The notes under the pieces: generated by a model | What the model was told of the DNA's origin: nothing | What the model saw: the letters and a program-made list of their open reading frames with translations, nothing else | Database searches by the model: none | Shown: positions 1-11,098 of the stretch, in pieces | How positions within the stretch are numbered: position 1 is the stretch's first letter | Layout of the letters: every line of letters starts with the position of its first letter | Assembly: GCA_963843845.1 (NCBI GenBank) | Contig: CAWJMB010000002.1 | Coordinates: 736,001-800,000 of the forward strand | Direction of reading: 5' to 3' | Length of the DNA: 64,000 bases | From: an uncultured Gemmatimonadaceae bacterium | Lineage (GTDB): Bacteria > Gemmatimonadota > Gemmatimonadetes > Gemmatimonadales > Gemmatimonadaceae | Translations under genes and position numbers: made by a program

Positions 1-239
1 CCGCCGGTGGCGCCGAGCACGACGACGACCGACGGATCGGCGGGGGAGAGAGCGGGGTCGGGAGCGGTCACGGTGGCGTACGGTACGGGTATGCGTGCAG
101 GATCGTCGTGTCGGAACGGCGGCGGAGGCCGGGCCGTTCCCGCGCTGGGCGCGCGGCGGCATTATTCGCGGGCCGCGGGACCCCGGTCGGAAGGCCCGCC
201 GGCCCTCCCTCTCCACGAGACATGCGCCCCTTCCGGCCG

Positions 240-671
240 ATGACATCACAGCCCTGGCTTCCGTGGGCGCTCGGCTCCGCCGTGTTCGCCGCGCTGACTG
301 CGATCTTCGCGAAGATCGGGCTCGACGGGGTCGACGCCGACTTCGCCACGCTCGTCCGGACGATCGTGATCGTCGGTGTGCTGGGCGCGTTCGTGACAGT
401 GACGGGGAAGTGGCGCGACCCGCTCGCCCTGCCGGGACGCTCGCTCGCGTTCCTCGTGCTGTCGGCACTCGCCACCGGCGCCTCGTGGGTCTGCTACTTC
501 CGCGCGCTGAAGGTCGGCGAGGCGGCGCGGGTCGCGCCGGTCGACAAGCTGAGCGTCGTCCTCGTCGCCGTGTTCGCGGTCGCCTTCCTCGGCGAGCGCC
601 CCGCCGCGCGCGAGTGGGCGGGGATCGGGCTCGTCGCGCTCGGGGTGCTCGTGCTCAGCCTTCGCCGCTGA
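240..671 (+). CDS. EamA/DMT family small membrane transporter
   Basis: ATG at 240. MTSQPWLPWALGSAVFAALTAIFAKIG...SWVCYFRALKVGEAARVAPVDKLSVVLV is a typical single-EamA protein with about 5 TM helices. Confidence 0.9.
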   Translation: MTSQPWLPWALGSAVFAALTAIFAKIGLDGVDADFATLVRTIVIVGVLGAFVTVTGKWRDPLALPGRSLAFLVLSALATGASWVCYFRALKVGEAARVAPVDKLSVVLVAVFAVAFLGERPAAREWAGIGLVALGVLVLSLRR

Positions 672-694
672 CGCGGCGGCCGCCCCGCGACGAC

Positions 695-3106
695 ATGCCC
701 AGCCTCCGCCCGCCCCGCCCCCTCGTGCGGCTTCGGCGATCCGCCCGCGCCGCGTCGGCGCTGCTCGCACTCGCCGCCGCACTCGCCGCCGCGCCCGCCG
801 CGGCGCCCGCCGCGGCGCAGCCCACCCGCCCGCCTGACCCGCGCCCCGACTCGCTCCCCGCGCCGGCCGTGGCCTTCACGCGCGCCGCGCTGCGGCTCGA
901 CGGGGCGCTCGACGAGGCGGCGTGGGCGGCCGCCGACAGCGTCGTCGACTTCACGCAGCGCGACCCCCAGCAGGGCGCCGCCGTGAGCGAGCGCACGGTC
1001 GTGCGCTTCGTCGGCACCGCGGACGGGCTCTGGGTCGGCGTCTGGGCGTACGACCGCGATCCCGGCGGTATCCGCCGCGCGCAGCTTCGCCGCGACGCCG
1101 ACTTCGGCACCGACGACAGCTTCACGCTCATGCTCTCGCCGACCGCCGACAAGCGCACGGCGTTCCTCTTCTCCGTCAACCCGAACGGCGCGCTGCAGGA
1201 CGCCGAGGTGCTGAACTTCGAGCAGGAGAGCCGCGAGTGGGACGGCATCTGGGACGCGCGCGCCCGCGTCACGCCGGCCGGGTGGCAGGTCGAGATGCTC
1301 GTGCCCTGGCAGACGCTGCGCTACCGCGCGGCGGGCGACCCCGGCGCCGACCGGTGGGACGTCAACATGCGCCGCTTCATCCGCCGCAAGAACGAGACGG
1401 CGCTCTGGCGCGCGTGGCGCCGCGGCGAGGGGATCCGCTTCCTGGAGCGTGCCGGAACGCTGCGCGGCTTCGCGGCGGCCGGGGCGACGCTTCCCGGCGG
1501 GCTGCCGCGCCGCGCGGTCGCCGAGCTGCGACCGTACGCCACGGCCACGGCGCGCCTGGCCGACCGGCGCTACGCGGCGGACGGCACCTTCCGCACGACG
1601 AGCGGCGCGGCGCTCCTCGGGGACGCGGGGCTCGACGCGAAGCTCGCCCCGTCGCCGACGCTGACGCTCGACCTCACGGCGAACGCCGACTTCGCGCAGG
1701 CGGAGGTCGACCGGCAGGTCGTGAACCTCACCCGCTTCTCGCTCTTCTTTCCCGAGCAGCGTCCGTTCTTCACCGAGGGGGCGGGGATCTTCGAGTTCGG
1801 GCGGCGGCAGGAGACGCAGCTCTTCTACAGCCGGCGCATCGGGCTCGTCGCGGGGCGGCCGGTGCCGCTCTACGCGGGCGCGCGCCTGACGGGGCGGCTC
1901 GGCGCCCAGCAGGTCGGCGTCATCGCCACGCGCACCGGCGGCGACGCGCTGACCGGCGCGCCGCCCACGACGGACCTCGTCGCGCGGGTGAAGCGCGACA
2001 TCCTCGGGCGCGGCTACGTCGGCGCCATGCTCACCGCGCGCGACGGCGCCGGCACCCCGGGCGCCGCGCCCGCCGGCGGCGTCGACGTCAGCCTGCCCTA
2101 CATCATCCGCGACCAGAACCTCGTCGTGCTCGCGAGCGTCGCCGCCGACGGCGGGCGGGCCGCCGGCGACCCGACGTACGCGCGGCTCGTGATCGACTAC
2201 CCGAACGACCAGGTCGACTTCGTCGCCCGCTTCGACCGCGTGGGCGCGGGCTTCGTGCCGGCGCTCGGCTTCGTACAGCAGTCGGGCGTCGTGCGCTACG
2301 CGGGGAGCACCGCGATCACGCCGCGCCCGGAGGTGCTCGGGCCGCTCGGCGCCCCGCTGCGATCGCTCGGCGTGCGGAAGCTGCTCTTCAACCTGCTGTC
2401 GTGGAACGCCGTCTACGGGCTGGGCGGCAGCGGGCGCCGCGGCCTCGGCAACGGCAGCCTCTCCGTGACGCCGCTCGGCGCCGAGTTCGAGAGCGGCGAC
2501 GAGTTCGAGCTGAGTCTGTTCCGCGGCTACGACGCGCCCGACGAGTCGTTCGAGCTGTTTCCCGGCGCGGACGTGCCGGCGGGGCGCTATCGGTGGGACC
2601 GCGCGGAGCTCGACGTCACGACGTCGGCCGCCCGCCCGATCGTCGCCGAGTTCACGACGAGCGTCGGCCAGTTCTACGCCGGCCGCTCGTGGGAGGCCGA
2701 GGGCGCGCTCCGCGCCCGCCTCGAGCCGCACCTGCTCGCGAGCGTGGAGTACGGCCGCACGTCGATCCGCCTCGCCGGCGCCGACACGGGGCGCGGCGCG
2801 CCGCCGCCGCCGGTGCTCGACGACGAGCGGCGCCTGCGCTTCGCCGCGCAGTTCGCGCGCGCCCGTGTGGACGTCGCGGCGAGCCCGCGGCTCAACACGA
2901 CGCTGTTCGCACAGTGGGACAACGAGTCCGGGCGGGTGGCGCTCAACGCCCGCGTGCGGTGGACGACGTCGCCGGGGAGCGACGCCTACCTCGTCTGGAA
3001 CAGCGCGTGGCCGTCGGACCTCGACGGCGGGCTGCGCGCCGTGCCGTGGCGCCGGCCGTCGGCCGGCGCCCTCGTCGCCAAGTACGTGCGCTACCTGCGC
3101 ATCTGA
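695..3106 (+). CDS. CBM9-like / DUF5916 outer-membrane-associated protein
   Basis: Signal peptide; LDGALDEAAW, DFAQAEVDRQVVNLTRFSLFFPEQRPFFTEG and LFYSRRIG motifs; beta-strand-like C-terminus (KYVRYLRI). Start trimmed to ATG 695. Confidence 0.85.
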   Translation: MPSLRPPRPLVRLRRSARAASALLALAAALAAAPAAAPAAAQPTRPPDPRPDSLPAPAVAFTRAALRLDGALDEAAWAAADSVVDFTQRDPQQGAAVSERTVVRFVGTADGLWVGVWAYDRDPGGIRRAQLRRDADFGTDDSFTLMLSPTADKRTAFLFSVNPNGALQDAEVLNFEQESREWDGIWDARARVTPAGWQVEMLVPWQTLRYRAAGDPGADRWDVNMRRFIRRKNETALWRAWRRGEGIRFLERAGTLRGFAAAGATLPGGLPRRAVAELRPYATATARLADRRYAADGTFRTTSGAALLGDAGLDAKLAPSPTLTLDLTANADFAQAEVDRQVVNLTRFSLFFPEQRPFFTEGAGIFEFGRRQETQLFYSRRIGLVAGRPVPLYAGARLTGRLGAQQVGVIATRTGGDALTGAPPTTDLVARVKRDILGRGYVGAMLTARDGAGTPGAAPAGGVDVSLPYIIRDQNLVVLASVAADGGRAAGDPTYARLVIDYPNDQVDFVARFDRVGAGFVPALGFVQQSGVVRYAGSTAITPRPEVLGPLGAPLRSLGVRKLLFNLLSWNAVYGLGGSGRRGLGNGSLSVTPLGAEFESGDEFELSLFRGYDAPDESFELFPGADVPAGRYRWDRAELDVTTSAARPIVAEFTTSVGQFYAGRSWEAEGALRARLEPHLLASVEYGRTSIRLAGADTGRGAPPPPVLDDERRLRFAAQFARARVDVAASPRLNTTLFAQWDNESGRVALNARVRWTTSPGSDAYLVWNSAWPSDLDGGLRAVPWRRPSAGALVAKYVRYLRI

Positions 3107-3122
3107 CCGGCCGCCGCCGGCG

Positions 3123-3974
3123 TCACGCCCGCGGCGCGAACAGCGCGTTCGCGTCGGGCGACGACAGCTGCTCCGTCACCGCCCCGTACGTGCCGGCGCT
3201 CAGCACCTCGGCCGCCGCGCGCCGCACGTGCGCCATCACCGCCCGCGCGAGGTTGGGGCCGAGGCTCACGCGCCGCACGCCCATCGCGCGCAGCTCGGTG
3301 ATGCTCGGCGAGCCGGGGCCGGCGATGACGTTCAGCGGCGCGTCGATCGCCTCGGCGAGCCGCGCGATCACGTCGGTCGGCGCGAGCGGCACGAAGATGC
3401 CGTCGGCGCCGGCGTCGAGATACAGCCGCGCGCGGCGTACCGTCTCGTCGAAGCGCGTCGCCTCGTCGCCGACCTTCCGCACGTAGATGTCGGTGCGGGC
3501 ATTGATGAACAGCTCGACCCCGGCCTCGCGCGCCGCCGAGCGCATCGCGGCGATGCGCTCGGCGTGGTACTCGGCCTCGACCACGGGCGCGCCGTCCCGG
3601 CCGGGCGCGTCCTCGAGGTTGAGCCCGACGGCGCCGGCGGCGATCACGCCGCGCGCCGTCTCCGCGGCATCCTCCGGCGTGCCCCCGCCGTAGCCGCTCT
3701 CGACGTCGGCGGTGACGGGGACGCGCACCGTGCGGGCGATGAGCGCGACCTCGGCGAGCATCTCGTCGCGCGGGATCCGCTGGCCGTCGGGGTAGCCGCG
3801 TGCCCACGCGATGCCGGCGCTCGTCGAGGCGATCGCCTCGGCGCCTGCCTCCTCGACGAGGCGCGCGGTCATGGCATCCCAGGCGTTGGGCAGCACGAGC
3901 AGCCGCTCGGCGCCGCGCTCATGCAGTCGGTGGAACGCCGCGGCGTGCTGTCGTTGTTGTGCGGTGCTGGTCAT
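3123..3974 (-). CDS. Isocitrate lyase/PEP mutase family protein
   Basis: [51 protein letters not shown] and AGADGIFVP motifs. Confidence 0.9.
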   Translation of the reverse strand: MTSTAQQRQHAAAFHRLHERGAERLLVLPNAWDAMTARLVEEAGAEAIASTSAGIAWARGYPDGQRIPRDEMLAEVALIARTVRVPVTADVESGYGGGTPEDAAETARGVIAAGAVGLNLEDAPGRDGAPVVEAEYHAERIAAMRSAAREAGVELFINARTDIYVRKVGDEATRFDETVRRARLYLDAGADGIFVPLAPTDVIARLAEAIDAPLNVIAGPGSPSITELRAMGVRRVSLGPNLARAVMAHVRRAAAEVLSAGTYGAVTEQLSSPDANALFAPRA

Positions 3975-4446
3975 GGAGAGGTGTGGTGAGCAGCCGATCG
4001 CGGATCTGTCCGAGGGCACGGGCGAGCCGGCGGGGAGCGTCGGGCGCGCCCGGCCCGGCGACGGCGCCCTCGACGTGGCCCGGTATGGCCCCGGACCGGG
4101 CACGCAGCGCTCGGCCGGCCGGGGTAAGGGCGATGCGCACGCCCCGCTCGTCTGCCGTGTCGCGCGTGCGCGTCACGAGCCTGGCCCGCTCGAGCCGCTT
4201 GAGCAGCGGCGTGAGCGTGGCCGAGTCCAGGAAGAGCCGCTCGCCGATGTCCGAGACCCGTGCGTCGTCCCGCTCCCACAGCACCAGCATCACGAGATAC
4301 TGCGGGTAGGTGAGGCCGAGGTCGTCGAGCAGCGCCCGGTAGAGCCTCGTCATCGCACGCGACGCCGAGTAGAGCGCGAAGCAGAGCTGCTGCTCCACCA
4401 CCGCGAGCGACTCGTCTTCGTTGTCGGTGCCGCCGGATCCGGGCAT
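3919..4446 (-). CDS. ohrR: OhrR-like MarR family regulator (single Cys)
   Basis: [39 protein letters not shown] and [14 protein letters not shown] are OhrR hallmarks. The 3' end overlaps the next gene by about 55 nt, so the C-terminus is uncertain. Confidence 0.85.
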   Translation of the reverse strand: MPGSGGTDNEDESLAVVEQQLCFALYSASRAMTRLYRALLDDLGLTYPQYLVMLVLWERDDARVSDIGERLFLDSATLTPLLKRLERARLVTRTRDTADERGVRIALTPAGRALRARSGAIPGHVEGAVAGPGAPDAPRRLARALGQIRDRLLTTPLHDQHRTTTTARRGVPPTA

Positions 4447-4469
4447 GCTTGCTGCTTCGATAGCAGACG

Positions 4470-4491
4470 ATTACATCGTGTGCGACCAATA
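4470..4491. promoter_or_regulatory. Possible OhrR operator (imperfect AT-flanked inverted repeat)
   Basis: ATTACATCGTGTGCGACCAATA in the divergent ohrR/SDR gap; locally AT-richer with partial dyad symmetry. Confidence 0.35.
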
Positions 4492-4565
4492 TGCGGCGAT
4501 GGAATGGCGGTCGCCAGCCTGCGCTCGCCGGGGAGCAGTCGAGCGAGAAGGGAGAGGAGGAGACG

Positions 4566-5289
4566 ATGGATGTGAGCGGTCGGACGGCGCTGGTGACCGG
4601 CGCGGGGAAGGGGATCGGCCGTGCGGTCGCTCACGCGCTCGCGCGTGCCGGGACGCACGTCGGGCTCGTGGCGCGCACCGCCGCGGACCTGGAGCGCGTG
4701 GCGGGGGAGCTGCGCGAGACGGTGCCCGGCGCGCGCGTGTGCGTGGCCGCGGCGGACGTGGCCGACCGGTCCGGGGTCGAGGGCGCCGTGGCGCGGGTGC
4801 AGCGCGAGCTGGGCGAGATCGACGTCCTCGTCAACAATGCGGGGATCGCGCGGTTCGGCACGGTGCTCGAGATGGAGCCGGAGGAATGGGAGCGCATCCA
4901 TCGCGTGAACGTGCTCGGGACGCTGCACGCCACGCGCGCGGTGCTTCCTGGCATGATCGCGCGGCGACGCGGCGACATCGTCAACGTGGCATCCACGGCG
5001 GGTGAGAAGGGCGCCGCCTCGACGGCCGCGTACGCGGCGTCGAAGGCCGCCGTGCTGCGACTGACCGAGTCACTGGCGGCGGAAGTCCGCAAGCACGGCG
5101 TGCGCGTCACGGCGCTCCTGCCGAGCACCGTGAATACCGAGCTGGCCACGAGCGTGGGGCTCACGATCGGCCCGGCCGAGCGGATGATGCAGCCGGACGA
5201 CGTGGCCGAGCTCGTGCTGGGCATGTTGGGGCTCCCGCCGCGGCGTGTTCGTGCGCGACGTGGCGCTGCTCACGACCAATCCGGTCTGA
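4566..5289 (+). CDS. SDR family oxidoreductase (3-ketoacyl-ACP reductase-like); apparent frameshift near 5241
   Basis: TGAGKGIG, NNAG and YAASK motifs; SD GAGGAG upstream. The natural C-terminus RVFVRDVALLTTNPV* is in another frame ending at TGA 5287-5289. Confidence 0.85.
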
Positions 5290-5424
5290 GCGGAGCGCAC
5301 GGTGGCGCGGGATCTGAATGGGCCGACCCCGTCACGCCCGGGGGGGCCTGGCCGCTGCCCGTCACCGACGCGTCGGGCGGCCGGCGTGGGGTCCCCGCTC
5401 GCCCGATTCCCTGGAGCCACCTGA

Positions 5425-7803
<2,379 letters not shown>

Positions 7804-7915
7804 TGCGCGCGCGCGGCATCTCGACGCGGGCCGACGGTGCTACTTTTCACGCCCCCGGTCGCAGCCCTAGCTTCCGCCGCCGCGATCCGCGCCACCACCT
7901 GCCACCCTGGCGACC

Positions 7916-8332
7916 GTGCACGACCGCATGCTGAACATCCTCGTGGTCGAGGACGACGAAGTCGACGTGATGAACGTGCGACGGGCGTTCCAGAAGAATC
8001 ACATCGCGAATCCCCTGTTCGTCGCCGGGAACGGAGTGGAGGCGCTCGAGCGGCTGCGGAGCGGCGAGATCCCCAAGGAACGCCGCATCGTGCTGCTCGA
8101 CCTGAACATGCCGCGCATGAACGGGATCGAGTTCCTGCGGGAGCTGCGGGCCGACCCGGACCTCCGGTCGACGACGGTCGTCGTGCTCACGACGTCGAAC
8201 GACGAGCGGGACAAGGTCGACGCCTACGACCTGAACGTCGCGGGCTACCTGCTCAAGCCGGTCACGTTCGGGAATTTCTGCGAGGTCATGGCGGCGCTCA
8301 ACAAGTACTGGACGCTCGTCGAGCTGCCGTGA
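7916..8332 (+). CDS. Single-domain response regulator (Rcp-like)
   Basis: ILVVEDD, VLLDLNMPRMNG, VVLTTS, GYLLKP and C-terminal YW. GTG 7916, alternative ATG 7928. Confidence 0.92.
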   Translation: MHDRMLNILVVEDDEVDVMNVRRAFQKNHIANPLFVAGNGVEALERLRSGEIPKERRIVLLDLNMPRMNGIEFLRELRADPDLRSTTVVVLTTSNDERDKVDAYDLNVAGYLLKPVTFGNFCEVMAALNKYWTLVELP

Positions 8333-8351
8333 CGACGATGGGAGTGAGGAC

Positions 8352-11057
8352 GTGTCGGATCCGCCGGTGACGAGCGGCGCGACGGCAGGCGCTCGCGGCG
8401 CCGATCTGTCCGACGTGCCGCTCCGCCTGCTCGTCGTCGATGACGACGCGGTGGACCGGATGGCGGTCCGTCGCGCGCTCGTTCGCTCCGGGCTGCCGGT
8501 CGCCGACGTGCTCGAGGCGGCCGACGCCGATGCCGCGTTCGCCGCGCTCGCCGCGGGGCGTGCAGGGGGCGGGGCGCCCGCGGTCGACTGCGTGCTGCTG
8601 GACTATCAGCTCGCCGGCGACACCGGGATCGACGTGCTGCGCCGCATGGCCGGCGAGGGGCACACCGTGCCGGTGGTGGTGCTCACCGGGCAGACCGACC
8701 CCGAGACGGCGGCCGCGCTGATCCGGGCGGGCGCCGTCGACTTCCTGACGAAGGCGGCGCTCACGCCGGAGCGGCTGGAGCAGTCCGTGCGCGGTGCGGT
8801 GCGCGTGGCGAGCGCCGAGGCAGAGCTGCGGGCGAGCCGCGAGCTGCTCGCGATCACGCTGCGCAGCATCGCCGACGCCGTCGTGACGCTCGACCTCGAG
8901 GGGCGGATCACCTACCTCAACCCCGCGGCCGAGCGCCTGACGGGGTGGCCGGCCGAATACGCAGCGCGGCGGCGCCTCGAGGAAGTCGCGTTCGTGGCGG
9001 CGGCGGACGAGCGCGGTCCGGGAGGAGTCCCCGTCGGCGGGAGCGACGACCGGCGGCGGCTGCTGCACGAGCGCGCGCGCGACGTCCTCGCCGGGCAGCG
9101 CGGAGACGAGCGGGGCGACATGACGCTCGTCGCGCGCGATGGCGAGCGGCTGTTCGTCGACGCGACGCTGACACCGCTGCGCGACGCGGCCGGCGCGACG
9201 ACCGGCGTCGTGGTCGCGCTACGCGACGTCACGGAGCGGCGCCGCGCCGAGGCGGCGCTCGCCGGGGTCAACGCCGAGCTCCGTCATCAGGCGGAAGAGC
9301 TCGAGCAGCAGGCCGGCCAGCTGGAGCAGCAGTTCGAGGCGGCGCAGGCGCTGACCGCGGAGCTCGAGCAGGCGAACGACCACCTGCGTGAGGCGCAACT
9401 CGACACCGAGCGCAGCGAGGCCCGCTACCGCGCGCTCGTCGACGCGAGCGCGCGCGTCGTGTGGGCGGCCGACGCGCGCGGCACCGTCCAGGATCTGTCG
9501 TGGTGGCGTGCGCGCACCGGGCAGTCCGAGGAGGAGATGCTCGGCGACGGGTGGCTCGACGCGCTCCACCCCGAGGACCGCACCCGGAGCGTGCGGATGT
9601 GGACCGAGGCGCTGCGGTCGCGCGCGCCCTACGAGAACGACATCCGGCTGCGGATGGCCGACGGCAGCACGCGGTGGCACCGCGTGCGCAGCGTCCCCGT
9701 CGTGGACCATGCCGGCCATGTCCGCGAGTGGGTCGGCACGTTCGACGACGTCGACGAGGAGAAGCGGGCCGAAGAAGCGCGGCGCGAGGAGGCGGACGTC
9801 GTCGAGACGCTGCACCGGCTCGGCGGGGTGCTGACCTCCGAGCTGGAGGTGGAGCGCATCGTCCAGACGGTGACCGACGCGACGACCGCGCTCAGCGGGG
9901 CCCAGTTCGGCGCGTTCTTCTACAACGTCGTCGACGGGCAGGGCGAGAAGTTCACGCTCTACACGCTCACCGGCGCGCCGCGCGACGCGTTCGACGACTT
10001 CGGCCACCCGCGCACCACGCCGGTGTTCGCGCCGACGTTCCACGGCGACGGGATCGTGCGGAGCGACGACATCACGGCCGACCCGCGCTACGGGCACTGG
10101 CCCCCGCACCACGGCATGCCGCCGCGCCACCTGCCGGTGCGCAGCTACCTCGCCGTTCCCGTGGTCTCACGCCACGGCGAGGTGATCGGCGGCCTGTTCT
10201 TCGGCCACGCGGAGCCGGGCGTGTTCACGGCGCGGGCCGAGCGGCTGGTGTCGGGGATCGCCGCGTCCGCCGCCGTGGCGATGGACAACGCGCGGCTGTA
10301 CGCGGCGGAGCGGCACGCGCGCGCGCACTCGGAGCAGGCGCGCACCGAGGCGGAGGCGGCGAACAAGGCGAAGAGCGACTTCCTGGCGAACATGAGCCAC
10401 GAGCTGCGCACGCCCCTCAACGCCATCGGCGGCTACGCCGACCTGCTGCTCGAAGGGATCCGCGGCCCCCTCACCGATCCGCAGCGCGCCTACATCGAGC
10501 GGATCAAGCGCAGCCAGCACCACCTGCTCGGCCTCATCAACGACATCCTGAACTTCGCGAAGATCGAGGCCGGGCACGTGCGCTTCGACCTCACCGACGT
10601 GTCGTTGAACGAGACGCTCGGCCAGCTCGAGACGCTGCTCACGCCGCAGCTCGAGACGAAGCAGCTGCGCTACGAGTACCGGTGCTGCGACCCGCGGTTC
10701 ACGGCGTACGTCGATCCGGAGCGGCTGCAGCAGATCCTGCTCAACCTGCTGAGCAACGCGGTCAAGTTCACCGCCGCCGGCGGCGAGATCGTGGTGTCGT
10801 GCGACGCCACGCCGGACACGATGGTGGTCCGCGTCCGCGACACCGGGGTGGGGATCCCGGCCGACAAGCTCGAACAGATCTTCGAGCCGTTCGTGCAGCT
10901 CGATCGCGGCCAGACGTCGACGAACGCGGGCACGGGGCTCGGCCTCGCCATCAGCCGCGACCTCGCCCGCGCGATGCGCGGCGACCTCACCGCGGAGAGC
11001 GTGGTGGACGCAGGCTCCACGTTCACGCTGACGCTTCCCCGCCGGGCCGCCGACTGA
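8352..11057 (+). CDS. Hybrid kinase: REC-PAS-PAS-GAF-HisKA-HATPase
   Basis: N-terminal receiver (LLVVDDD, LLDYQL), PAS domains, GAF (GAQFGAFFYN, VRSYLAVPV), MSHELRTPLNAI, NAVKFT, GTGLGLAISR. Confidence 0.92.
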   Translation: MSDPPVTSGATAGARGADLSDVPLRLLVVDDDAVDRMAVRRALVRSGLPVADVLEAADADAAFAALAAGRAGGGAPAVDCVLLDYQLAGDTGIDVLRRMAGEGHTVPVVVLTGQTDPETAAALIRAGAVDFLTKAALTPERLEQSVRGAVRVASAEAELRASRELLAITLRSIADAVVTLDLEGRITYLNPAAERLTGWPAEYAARRRLEEVAFVAAADERGPGGVPVGGSDDRRRLLHERARDVLAGQRGDERGDMTLVARDGERLFVDATLTPLRDAAGATTGVVVALRDVTERRRAEAALAGVNAELRHQAEELEQQAGQLEQQFEAAQALTAELEQANDHLREAQLDTERSEARYRALVDASARVVWAADARGTVQDLSWWRARTGQSEEEMLGDGWLDALHPEDRTRSVRMWTEALRSRAPYENDIRLRMADGSTRWHRVRSVPVVDHAGHVREWVGTFDDVDEEKRAEEARREEADVVETLHRLGGVLTSELEVERIVQTVTDATTALSGAQFGAFFYNVVDGQGEKFTLYTLTGAPRDAFDDFGHPRTTPVFAPTFHGDGIVRSDDITADPRYGHWPPHHGMPPRHLPVRSYLAVPVVSRHGEVIGGLFFGHAEPGVFTARAERLVSGIAASAAVAMDNARLYAAERHARAHSEQARTEAEAANKAKSDFLANMSHELRTPLNAIGGYADLLLEGIRGPLTDPQRAYIERIKRSQHHLLGLINDILNFAKIEAGHVRFDLTDVSLNETLGQLETLLTPQLETKQLRYEYRCCDPRFTAYVDPERLQQILLNLLSNAVKFTAAGGEIVVSCDATPDTMVVRVRDTGVGIPADKLEQIFEPFVQLDRGQTSTNAGTGLGLAISRDLARAMRGDLTAESVVDAGSTFTLTLPRRAAD

Positions 11058-11098
11058 CACGGCGGCCGGCCGCCCCCCACGCTCGCACCCGAATTCTC

